From Armatimonadota bacterium (GTDB lineage: Bacteria; Armatimonadota; Armatimonadia; Armatimonadales; Armatimonadaceae): DNA of 20,362 nt. The notes beneath the pieces are model-generated. The model did not search any database. It saw only the letters and a program-made list of their open reading frames with translations, and had not been told where the DNA came from. Shown here piece after piece: positions 9,290 through 17,034 of the stretch (its first letter is position 1; the number at the start of each line of letters is the position of its first letter). The position numbers were made by a program, and so were the translations under genes. The stretch is taken from contig JAYUUO010000308.1 in the NCBI GenBank assembly GCA_043754515.1, positions 1-20,362 on the forward strand, read 5' to 3'.

Positions 9290-10084
9290 CTACCAGCGGC
9301 GGGAGATCCCGCCCCCCACGAACCAGGAGTCCCGGGTGCCCAGTATGCCCACGCCCCCGCTGATGTCCAGCATTGTGTTAGCGGCGACTCGGTACGACGC
9401 TCCGGTGTCGAAAAAGTTCTGATGGATCTCTCCGACTCCTGTGTCGGAGACGCGGTACACCTCGCCGAACGACTGCCAGAGCGGCGAGATGTTGATGTTC
9501 AAACATAAGCCCGTGCCCCATTCGTCATAGCGCGCCCCGCCCTGCCGGATCCCCGCGTAGGTCACGTTGCCGCCCAAACTGAAGCGTTCGCCCAGGTCCC
9601 AACCTGCTTCGAGTGCCAGAGACGGCTGGTAGTCATCCTCACGGAGGTCGCGTGTGCCGGTCGGTAGTTCTACCCCGCCGATGAAGGCGAGGGCGGGCAG
9701 AAACTTTTGTTTCGGGTTCGTCTCCAGAAAGCGGTACTTGAGGCTCACCGAGGCATCGCCCAGCCCCTTCGCGTCCGCGCTACCGGTCTGCCGCAGGTAA
9801 GAGGGCAGACCTAGTCGGGCTTCCAGATTATCGCGCAGGGGGAAGCGCAGTTGTGCGCTGTCGCCGAACGACGACTGCTGGTCGCTGCCGCTCCGGTGTA
9901 CGCTGAGGCCCGCCTCCAACTGAATCCGCCCAGGAGTTACCGTATCGGTGCCGCTCGTGAATCCGGGGCGTTCCGCCGGAATGGGTGTCACGTCACCCTG
10001 CGCCAGTGCGATCCCTCCAAAGAGGGGACAGAAAACCAGGGAGCATACAAAAAATAGCGATGATATTCGGCGCATTAGGTTCAT
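9290..10084 (-). CDS. Outer-membrane beta-barrel 'transporter' (SphA / Phenol_MetA_deg-like)
   Basis: Signal peptide ending ALA-Q. Motifs ERPGFT..TDTVTPGRIQLEAG, GLGDASVSLKYRF and VELPTG, alternating beta strands, and a C-terminal aromatic beta-signal (GGGISRRW). ATG 10084 overlaps the mntR TGA (ATGA). Confidence 0.85.
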   Translation of the reverse strand: MNLMRRISSLFFVCSLVFCPLFGGIALAQGDVTPIPAERPGFTSGTDTVTPGRIQLEAGLSVHRSGSDQQSSFGDSAQLRFPLRDNLEARLGLPSYLRQTGSADAKGLGDASVSLKYRFLETNPKQKFLPALAFIGGVELPTGTRDLREDDYQPSLALEAGWDLGERFSLGGNVTYAGIRQGGARYDEWGTGLCLNINISPLWQSFGEVYRVSDTGVGEIHQNFFDTGASYRVAANTMLDISGGVGILGTRDSWFVGGGISRRW

Positions 10085-10554
10085 TTCGTTGTTTCTTGTG
10101 CCGGAGTCGCGGCAACCGATTGCGGCACGGTGCCGTCGGGGCGTGGTATCGGAGCACCGTGCGGACACGTCTCGGGGAACCCGAGAAAGGCATCGAGGCG
10201 GGTCTCGAACTCTTCCGATATCACGTGTTCGAGCCGTTCCGCCTCCTCGTGCGCCGCGTCCGGCGAGAACCCCAAACAGTCGGCGAGAAACCGCTCCAGC
10301 AGGCGGTGGTGGCGGGACAGTTCTACCGCGCTCTGCATTCCGATCCCCGTTAGGCGCACCCCGCGATAGGGGGCGTAATCTACTAGGCCGTCGCCCCGCA
10401 TGGTTTTGAGCATCTTGGTGACAAACGCCCGCGAGGTGCCGGTGCGCCCGGCGATGTCGGATGGCAGGGCGACCCCGCCGACGTCGGGGACGTCCTGTAG
10501 CGAGTAGATCGCCTTCAGCACATCGCCGGTCGCCTTTGTCAGGGAGCGGTTCAT
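10081..10554 (-). CDS. mntR: DtxR/MntR-family metal-dependent repressor (Mn type, no FeoA/SH3 domain)
   Basis: DVLKAIYSL, winged HTH, PYRGVRLT..G, HHRLLERFL, AHEEAERLEHVIS and CPHGAPIP. It has Asp and Glu at the positions of DtxR Met10 and Cys102, the Mn-sensing pattern. The start is moved to ATG 10554. Confidence 0.9.
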   Translation of the reverse strand: MNRSLTKATGDVLKAIYSLQDVPDVGGVALPSDIAGRTGTSRAFVTKMLKTMRGDGLVDYAPYRGVRLTGIGMQSAVELSRHHRLLERFLADCLGFSPDAAHEEAERLEHVISEEFETRLDAFLGFPETCPHGAPIPRPDGTVPQSVAATPAQETTK

Positions 10555-10561
10555 CTGAGAT

Positions 10562-10591
10562 TTAACCACGGTTAACTTAACCACGGTTAAC
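10562..10591. promoter_or_regulatory. Tandem palindromic operator, probable MntR box pair
   Basis: Exact 15-bp direct repeat TTAACCACGGTTAAC x2. Each unit is the palindrome TTAACC-N2-GGTTAA. The pair lies between the -10 box and the mntR ATG. Confidence 0.8.
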
Positions 10592-10620
10592 TTTATACCC
10601 CGGCCCACGCCCGATGTCAA
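10592..10620 (-). promoter_or_regulatory. sigma70 promoter of the mntR operon
   Basis: Minus strand reads TTGACA-N17-TATAAA. Confidence 0.88.
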
Positions 10621-10707
10621 CACTGCGGGAACCACGGAATGAAAAGTAGGTATAATGGAACAAAATAAGCCTCGCGGTAGCCAAACAAAGCAGGGTTCGT
10701 AAACTAA

Positions 10708-10730
10708 TTCCGTCCGAAATTCGGACGGAA
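10708..10730. repeat. Perfect 11-bp inverted repeat in the response-regulator leader
   Basis: TTCCGTCCGAA-A-TTCGGACGGAA, downstream of a TATAAT at 10651-10656. Confidence 0.7.
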
Positions 10731-10762
10731 CCCATCTAGAGAACGGGAAATCTAAAGCAACA

Positions 10763-11179
10763 ATGAGTTTTGCGGTAACGAACGAGGTGACGACGTCGGC
10801 CGAAACGGCCGCTCCCAAGCGCACCGTGCTGGTGGTGGAAGACGATCCGGGCATTCTCCGGCAGATCGCCTTCAATCTGGAGTCGCACGGCTACGCCGTC
10901 GAGACGGCGATCACAGGGCTACAGGCACTGCGCCTGCTGATGCGAAAGCGCCCCGACCTGTTGATCACTGATGTCATGATGCCGGAGATGGACGGCAACG
11001 AACTGGTGTCTAGCGTCCGCGCGGACGCCGATCTCGCGGATTTGCCGGTCATCATGTTGACCGCGCGTACCCAGGACGAGGACATGATAACCGGCTACCA
11101 CAGCGGCACCGATCTGTACCTGACCAAGCCGTTCAACCCCGCCGAACTGGTCACCTTCGTGAAGCGGATCTTAGGCTGA
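10763..11179 (+). CDS. Single-domain response regulator (CheY-like receiver)
   Basis: VLVVEDD, PDLLITDVMMPEMDG (phospho-Asp), PVIMLTA and YLTKPF. No output domain. Confidence 0.95.
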   Translation: MSFAVTNEVTTSAETAAPKRTVLVVEDDPGILRQIAFNLESHGYAVETAITGLQALRLLMRKRPDLLITDVMMPEMDGNELVSSVRADADLADLPVIMLTARTQDEDMITGYHSGTDLYLTKPFNPAELVTFVKRILG

Positions 11180-11183
11180 TCCC

Positions 11184-11849
11184 ATGCTGAAGCTTGAAGC
11201 GAACCAGAAACTACTTTTTATCGGTGACTCTGTTACGGACGGGGAACGCAAGCGTCCCGACGGCGAGGGGCTTTTCGACGCGCTCGGGAAGTCCTACCCG
11301 TCGCTCGTGGACGCGCTACTCGAAGCGTCGTACCCCGCCCGCGCGATCCGCGTCGTCAACCAGGGCAACGGGGGCAACACCGTGCGCGATCTCGCCGCCC
11401 GCTGGGAAACCGACGTGCTCGCGCAACGCCCGGATTGGCTCTCGATCTGCATTGGCATCAACGACGTCTGGCGGCAGTTCGATCAGCCGCGCCGCCCCGA
11501 GGTCGCCGTGCCGCTCGACGAGTACAAGGCGACGCTTATGCGCCTTTGCCGCGCGACGCGCCCGACTCTCCCAGGCGGTCTCATCCTCATGACGCCCTTT
11601 TACGTGGAAGACAACCCTGCCGACGCCATGCGCAAGCGGATGGATGCCTACGGCTCGGTGGTAAGAACCATCGCCTCCGAGTATGACGCTGTGTTCGTTG
11701 ACACACAAGCGGCGTTCAACGAGGCGTTGCGGCACCGACACTCCGCCGCGCTCGCGTGGGACCGCGTACACCCGAACCTGGCGGGACATATGATCCTCGC
11801 GAAGGCGGTCCTGGACGCGCTCGGCTTCGAGTGGAACGGCGGGGCGTAA
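11184..11849 (+). CDS. SGNH/GDSL hydrolase (acetylesterase-like)
   Basis: Block I FIGDSVTD, block II NQGNGG, block III GIND and block V DRVHPN. Confidence 0.95.
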   Translation: MLKLEANQKLLFIGDSVTDGERKRPDGEGLFDALGKSYPSLVDALLEASYPARAIRVVNQGNGGNTVRDLAARWETDVLAQRPDWLSICIGINDVWRQFDQPRRPEVAVPLDEYKATLMRLCRATRPTLPGGLILMTPFYVEDNPADAMRKRMDAYGSVVRTIASEYDAVFVDTQAAFNEALRHRHSAALAWDRVHPNLAGHMILAKAVLDALGFEWNGGA

Positions 11850-11879
11850 CCTGTCACTCGCCGACCGGGAAGATAAATC

Positions 11880-12499
11880 GTGAGTACTATCGTCTGCTAC
11901 GGCGATTCCAACACGCGGGGAACCGACCCCGCTACATACAGCCGCTTCCCGCTCCCCGCGCACTGGACGGGCGTGTTCGCCCGCGAGCTAGGCGACGCAT
12001 GGCACGTGGCCGAGGAGGGGCTGCGGAATCGGACCACGGACGTAGACGACCCGTCGCTCCCGCACCACGATGGCTCGCGGTTCCTGCCCATGGTTCTCGA
12101 AACGCACGCCCCCGTCGCCGTTCTGATCATCGCGCTCGGCACGAGCGACCTCAAAGCGCGTTACGGCCGCGACGCGTTCGATGCCGCCGCAGGGGGGAAC
12201 GCCTCGTGGAGCAGACGCGATCCGCCGGAGCCGCGCGGGAGATACTGATTCTCGTGCCCGCGCCGATGCGGGAGGTCGGGGGACTCACCGTGGAGTTCAA
12301 GGGCGCGCGGGAAAAATCGCTAGCCTTCGCCGAAGCCTACAAAAAAGTCGCGGAACGTCGGGGTTGCGTGTGTCTTGACACCGGAACGATCTAGACGCCC
12401 AGCCCGATTGACGGGGTTCACTTCGCGGGCGAGGAACACGCCAGGCTTGGGCAGGCGGTCGCGAGATGCCTCATGGCATTCCTCGAAATACCCCTCTGA
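11880..12499 (+). pseudogene. Second SGNH hydrolase (arylesterase-like), disrupted
   Basis: Motifs CYGDSNT, EEGL..RTT..DDP and LGTSD (block III Asn lost). There is a frameshift in the G6 run at 12192-12197 and an in-frame TAG at 12392-12394. The catalytic DGVH lies after that TAG, and the frame ends at TGA 12497-12499. Confidence 0.88.
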
Positions 12500-12561
12500 T
12501 GTGACCGAGCATGTCCGCCATCCAGGTCTAACAGTTCGCCGCGTCGTACATGCTTCACATC

Positions 12562-12954
12562 TCATATGTAGCCGAATATAGCCCTTATGCTGGACTCATC
12601 CTGTGTCTCCTTTAGCAAATAATTCATGCAAAGTAATAACAACTGTGAGTTGATATCTAGGTCTAAAGCATGAAGACTATACTCTTCAAAGGCAATATTG
12701 ATCTCTTGCAAAGTGAGCCAATTCGTGGCAAGGTACAAGGTGTCGAAGCCATTGTATAAAATGTTTCTCGGCCACTCGCGCCTTGGTACGAGTGGCAAGA
12801 TATTGTCGTACCGGACGTCGAAAACGCATGAGATAAAGCGGCGGTCGTCAAGCCCATTGTTCTGAAACTCTAACGAGGAACAACTCGACCACTTCGGCTT
12901 GTCTTTGCTAAAAAGCGGAATATACTCTATGTAAGCAAAGATTTGTATAGACAT
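12562..12954 (-). CDS. Low-GC hypothetical protein (130 aa)
   Basis: Open AT-rich frame from ATG 12954, with TATAGT 6 nt upstream. Globular-looking composition. Confidence 0.7.
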   Translation of the reverse strand: MSIQIFAYIEYIPLFSKDKPKWSSCSSLEFQNNGLDDRRFISCVFDVRYDNILPLVPRREWPRNILYNGFDTLYLATNWLTLQEINIAFEEYSLHALDLDINSQLLLLCMNYLLKETQDESSIRAIFGYI

Positions 12955-13000
12955 TATGCTACTATATCTACCCCTCAATTCAGTGGCTCGGGACTGCGTT

Positions 13001-13156
13001 TCAATCCGCCTCTTCGCCTGAATCTGTCAAACGGCGATCTGCCCTCTCCCAGCGGCACTGCGAATGCTCCCACGGCTCAAGTTCGTCCTCCGTCAGGTTC
13101 CCAAGCACGGCTGATAGCGGGTACTCCATGGTTCTGCCATCTTCAACCCTTCTCAT
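13001..13156 (-). CDS. Small acidic hypothetical ORF (51 aa)
   Basis: MRRVEDGRTMEYPLSAVLGNLTEDELEPWEHSQCRWERADRRLTDSGEEAD. Its ATG overlaps (ATGA) the terminal TGA of the upstream frame. It is too short for the ORF track. Confidence 0.35.
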   Translation of the reverse strand: MRRVEDGRTMEYPLSAVLGNLTEDELEPWEHSQCRWERADRRLTDSGEEAD

Positions 13157-13524
13157 CCTTCTATCACCAACAACTCCGCACGGTTACTAAAACTAGAAGG
13201 TTATTCACTAGCGACACTGTCATCCATGAATTAGGAGCACCCGGTTAAATCATCAACGAAATCTCGGTTGGTGAATTTATTGCAAACCAAAATCAGGCCG
13301 ACCGATTCCGTACCAATATCGCCGATAATGCGGTCGTACAATTCGTCGAAAAGGATGCCATGATGACTCTCCAGTTGCTTGAGGACACCACTAGAAACGA
13401 GTGCTTCACTGAACTGGTAAAGGTTCCTGACGTCTGAAGTATTCACGCAGTACACGACGGGATGTCGTTTTTCAAGTCTGCAACTACGGAGCATAAAGGG
13501 CTGATGTTTACTTTCCATTTTCAT
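13153..13524 (-). pseudogene. Barstar-like protein with two premature TAA stops
   Basis: AGGA SD before ATG 13524. VYCVNTSDVRNLYQFSEAL..HHGILFDELYDRIIG parallels barstar INGEQIRSISDLHQTL..YYGENLDALWDCLTG. The frame continues past TAA 13231-13233 and TAA 13201-13203 to ..NRAELLVIEG-TGA. Confidence 0.5.
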
Positions 13525-13814
13525 CTGGTCCTGGCTAAAGGAGGAACACATGTAGCGGCTACAGCATCCGGACTAACGGCGGTTAGCCTATAGTAATGAG
13601 TCTCAATCTAGCATACCGAGCCAGTACTGAGAGTAGTCACTCTATCACTCCGTCTATACTATCCAGCACGTCCGACATCGAGTACTCGATGCTCGTTCTC
13701 CCGCACAATTTGTCAGCGCGGGTCGCCTCGCCGACCCCGAGGTTGTACGCCTCCAGCACGAGCGTGGTGTTGCGGCGTCAAATAACTCAGCGGATCCGGG
13801 TACACTTTGTCTCG

Positions 13815-14576
13815 ATGCACGACACCATTCCCGCGCGAAAGCGCGTTCTTCTCACCGGCGCGAGCGGGCGTATCGGGCGGATTGTGGCCCCGCCACTCGC
13901 CGAGATGTTCGACCTCCGGCTTTTTGACCGGCATGACCCCGGCGACATACCCGGCTTGATGACCGGTGACCTGGCGGACCCGGAAGGGTTGATGCCCGCG
14001 CTTGAAGGTGTTAACACCCTGATCCACCTCGCGGCGCAGTCCACCGAAGCCGACTTCGTCTCCGTGCTGGTGCCGAGCAACGTGGTCGGGCTGTATCACA
14101 CTTTCGAGAACGCCGTGCGTGCCGGAGTGAAGCGGATCATCTTCGCGTCCACGATCCAGGCGTTCGACGCCTACCCCATGGATCACCAGATCACCGAAAC
14201 CGACCTACCGCGCCCGGTCACGCTCTACGGCGCGACCAAGGCGTTCGGCGAGACGATGGGACGTTGGTACCACGACCGGCACGGCATCGAGTTTCTGGCA
14301 ATGCGGATCGGCTGGTTTTTAGTGCCGGAAGACGTGCACGACCGCGAACTGCTCCGAACGCATGGGGGCGCGACGCGCATCTGGCTTTCGCCGCGCGACA
14401 TGGTGCAGATACTCACCAAAGCCGTCACGGTGCCCACCATCGGCCCGGATGGCTACGGGATTGTCCACGCTGTTTCGCGACCCATCATGGAGCGTATGTC
14501 GCTCAAACCGGCGCGGGAACTGCTCGGTTACGAGCCGCTCGACGACATCCGCGAGTACACGGGACGGTCCGGCTAG
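13815..14576 (+). CDS. NAD-dependent epimerase/dehydrogenase (extended SDR, uronate dehydrogenase-like)
   Basis: VLLTGASGRIG, IHLAA, RIIFAST, YGATK (YxxxK), RIGWF and WLSPRD. The start is moved to ATG 13815 because the longer ORF runs through the low-GC islet. Confidence 0.92.
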   Translation: MHDTIPARKRVLLTGASGRIGRIVAPPLAEMFDLRLFDRHDPGDIPGLMTGDLADPEGLMPALEGVNTLIHLAAQSTEADFVSVLVPSNVVGLYHTFENAVRAGVKRIIFASTIQAFDAYPMDHQITETDLPRPVTLYGATKAFGETMGRWYHDRHGIEFLAMRIGWFLVPEDVHDRELLRTHGGATRIWLSPRDMVQILTKAVTVPTIGPDGYGIVHAVSRPIMERMSLKPARELLGYEPLDDIREYTGRSG

Positions 14577-14788
14577 CGTCACCTGCCTCTACGCCCTTTT
14601 TACTTGTTCGGGTACTGCGCGAGGAACGGCTCCAGTAACTCCTTCACGGCGTTCCCGACCGAGTTAATCTGCCGGTTGTTGCCCTCGTTTTTCGATGAGC
14701 AACGAAAATATGGTGATTTCAAGGTTCATTGCTACTCATGCGAGCAGAGGGTTCTGACCGGAAGTCACGCGTTCACTGTAGTCGAACA

Positions 14789-16855
14789 CTACTTCCGCGC
14801 CACCTTCGTCGCTACCCCCGCGCCCGACGCTACGATCTCGCGCCCGCCGCGCAGGAACCGGGCGAACTCCTCCGGCGTGTCCGTCTTGCCGACCGGCTTC
14901 GTCACCGGCTTGCCGTCTGTGTCAAGCACGGCGTAGAGCGGCAACTCCACCGTGCCGAATGTCTTCTCCTGATAGGACTGCAACGCGGGCCCGGCGGCGC
15001 GGTCGTCGGTGTACAGGCGCACGCGCACGAACTTCGTCAATTCCTCGTTCACTGGCGGCTTCGGGAAGATGTTACGCTCCATCCAACGGCAGTTCGTGCA
15101 GGTGTAGCCGGTGAAGTCAACGAAGATCGGCTTGTGTTCCGCCTTCGCCCGCGCCAGCCCTTCTTCGAGCGTCGGAAGGTAGGACAGCTCGTCCGCTTCT
15201 GCCCTCGCGCCCACTCCGTAGTCGGCGGGCGGCAGGTACGCCACGGTGAAGGAGTCTAGCGGCCGTCCCGTCAACCCGTACACGCAGTACAAACCGACAC
15301 CGATGAACAGCACGGCGAAGCCAGCCCGCGCGCGTGTCGGCGGCGCGTCCGGACTGCTCCACCCGATGCGGAGCATCCCGAGTAGCCAGAGCCCGGCGGC
15401 GATAAATACCATCGCCCAGAGCGCGAGAATGGTCGGCGTATTGAGTAGCCGCCACTGGAACACCTGGTCCGCGCCGGACAGGAACTTCACGGCGGCGGCG
15501 AGCTCGATCCAGCCCATCGCGCCCTTCACAGTCGAGAGCCACGAGCCGGATTTCGGCATCCGGGCGAGGAGCGCGGGGAACAGCGCGAGCACGAAAAACG
15601 GCAGGGCGAGTGCCAGCGCGAAGGTGGTCATGCCCAGGATCGGGCGCACCCATTGCCCGCCGGTTTGCGCGGACGCAGCGGCGACCAGCACCGTGCCGAT
15701 GAACGGCGCGGTGCAGGTGAACGCGGCGATCACGAATGTCAGCCCCATGCCGAGCACGCCCCACGCGCCCACATTCCCGCCCGCGCCGGAACGGTTGGTC
15801 AACTTTTGCAGGAACGCGGGCGGCTTGAGTTCCAGCACTTCGAGTAGCGACAGCGCGAACACGATGAACAGCACCCCGAAGCCGAGGTTGACGTACGGGT
15901 TGGACGCGAGCCGGTTCGCCCCCGCCGCGCCCACGGTCGCCGCGAGTACTGCGCCGATGGCGGTGAAGGCGAACACGATACCGAGGCAGTAGAGCGCGGC
16001 AAGTTTGACAACCCCGCCCGCCTTCGTCTCGCCCGTTTCAGTCGTCACCTGCTTGGTGAAGAACGCCAGCGTGACCGGGATCAGCGGGAACACGCAGGGT
16101 GTTACCAGCGCGACCAGTCCCGCCCCGAACGCGGTGGCGAGGAACGCCCCGATGCCTGATTGCCCTTGCTCCGTTCTCGTGAGGGTGGGGGCGGCTTCGG
16201 TCGCGGTGGTCGCGACGCCACCCGCGACTTGTCCCTCCGGAGGAGTGGCGTCACCGGCCCCGGACTCTCCTCTCTCGCTCCCGTTGGGGAGAGACGCGGA
16301 GGGGGAGAGGGCACCCGCGCTAGCCAAAAACTCTTTGCGCGCCGCGCCCGCCTGGATCTTGATCGCGGGGATGGCCACTGTTACCGTCTTCGGCGGCAGG
16401 CAGGAGCGGTCGTTGCACGCCATATACAGCACCGACGCCGAGACGGGCGCGGAACCCGGCTTTGCGGCTTTAGGCACGGACAGAGTCTGCGTGAACGTCG
16501 CGGTGCCTTCGTGCATCCCGATCCGCATGTTGAAATTCTTGTCGTCAATGATCTCCGGCTTGGTCTCTGTTGGCTTACCGACGGGGGAAACCCCTTTCGC
16601 GGTTACCGTGACCACGGTCGCCTGCGGGCCCATTGCTGCGCCGGGCACGGCACTGTAAATGTGATATCCCATCTTAATGGCGGCGGTGACACGCACCGCG
16701 ATCCGCTCGCCGGGGCGGGCGGCGGGGCGTGAGAGTGTTCCGCTCCAAGTGACGACCGGCGTCTGCGCGCGCGCCCCCGTTACACCTGACAGGATGGGTA
16801 GTAGCGCGAGCAGGAACGCTCGGAGGAGAGCGGGGAGGGGGCTTAGTTTAGACAT
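14789..16855 (-). CDS. dsbD: Thiol:disulfide interchange protein DsbD (three-domain)
   Basis: Signal peptide; alpha domain YMACNDRSCLPP; membrane domain TPCVFPLIP and FTCTAP; thioredoxin domain DFTGYTCTNCR. Confidence 0.93.
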   Translation of the reverse strand: MSKLSPLPALLRAFLLALLPILSGVTGARAQTPVVTWSGTLSRPAARPGERIAVRVTAAIKMGYHIYSAVPGAAMGPQATVVTVTAKGVSPVGKPTETKPEIIDDKNFNMRIGMHEGTATFTQTLSVPKAAKPGSAPVSASVLYMACNDRSCLPPKTVTVAIPAIKIQAGAARKEFLASAGALSPSASLPNGSERGESGAGDATPPEGQVAGGVATTATEAAPTLTRTEQGQSGIGAFLATAFGAGLVALVTPCVFPLIPVTLAFFTKQVTTETGETKAGGVVKLAALYCLGIVFAFTAIGAVLAATVGAAGANRLASNPYVNLGFGVLFIVFALSLLEVLELKPPAFLQKLTNRSGAGGNVGAWGVLGMGLTFVIAAFTCTAPFIGTVLVAAASAQTGGQWVRPILGMTTFALALALPFFVLALFPALLARMPKSGSWLSTVKGAMGWIELAAAVKFLSGADQVFQWRLLNTPTILALWAMVFIAAGLWLLGMLRIGWSSPDAPPTRARAGFAVLFIGVGLYCVYGLTGRPLDSFTVAYLPPADYGVGARAEADELSYLPTLEEGLARAKAEHKPIFVDFTGYTCTNCRWMERNIFPKPPVNEELTKFVRVRLYTDDRAAGPALQSYQEKTFGTVELPLYAVLDTDGKPVTKPVGKTDTPEEFARFLRGGREIVASGAGVATKVARK

Positions 16856-17034
16856 TATGTTTTCGTGGGGCGGAAATACACAGTTCGGCTAGCCCCCCTT
16901 AATATACCAGCGGGGGGCGGTGAAAGTTCACTCCCTTTGTCAGTGCGGCAGGATAAAACCGGGAGCGGAGCGAACTAACCGGGAAATAGTATCATCGGTG
17001 GTTCAAATTGGTGCCGATTCGACCGATACTATAA

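Noticed and set aside
10562..10591. Possible mini-CRISPR or MITE
   Set aside because: There are only two adjacent 15-bp units, with no spacer and no cas genes. The position fits an operator.
10555..10875. N-terminal extension of the MntR ORF containing a KLTVV repeat
   Set aside because: It is a translation of the operator repeat and promoter, and it overlaps the divergent response regulator.
13662..13760. 9-bp direct repeat TCCAGCACG as a target-site duplication
   Set aside because: It brackets only about 80 nt with no element features, and is consistent with chance.
13596..13814. N-terminal extension of the epimerase ORF
   Set aside because: It is Ser-rich and unlike the family. The Rossmann motif starts just after ATG 13815, which has its own -10-like box.
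16910..16950. GGGGCGGTGAAAGTTC resembling the start of an FMN riboswitch
   Set aside because: The downstream conserved blocks are missing and there is no flavin gene nearby.
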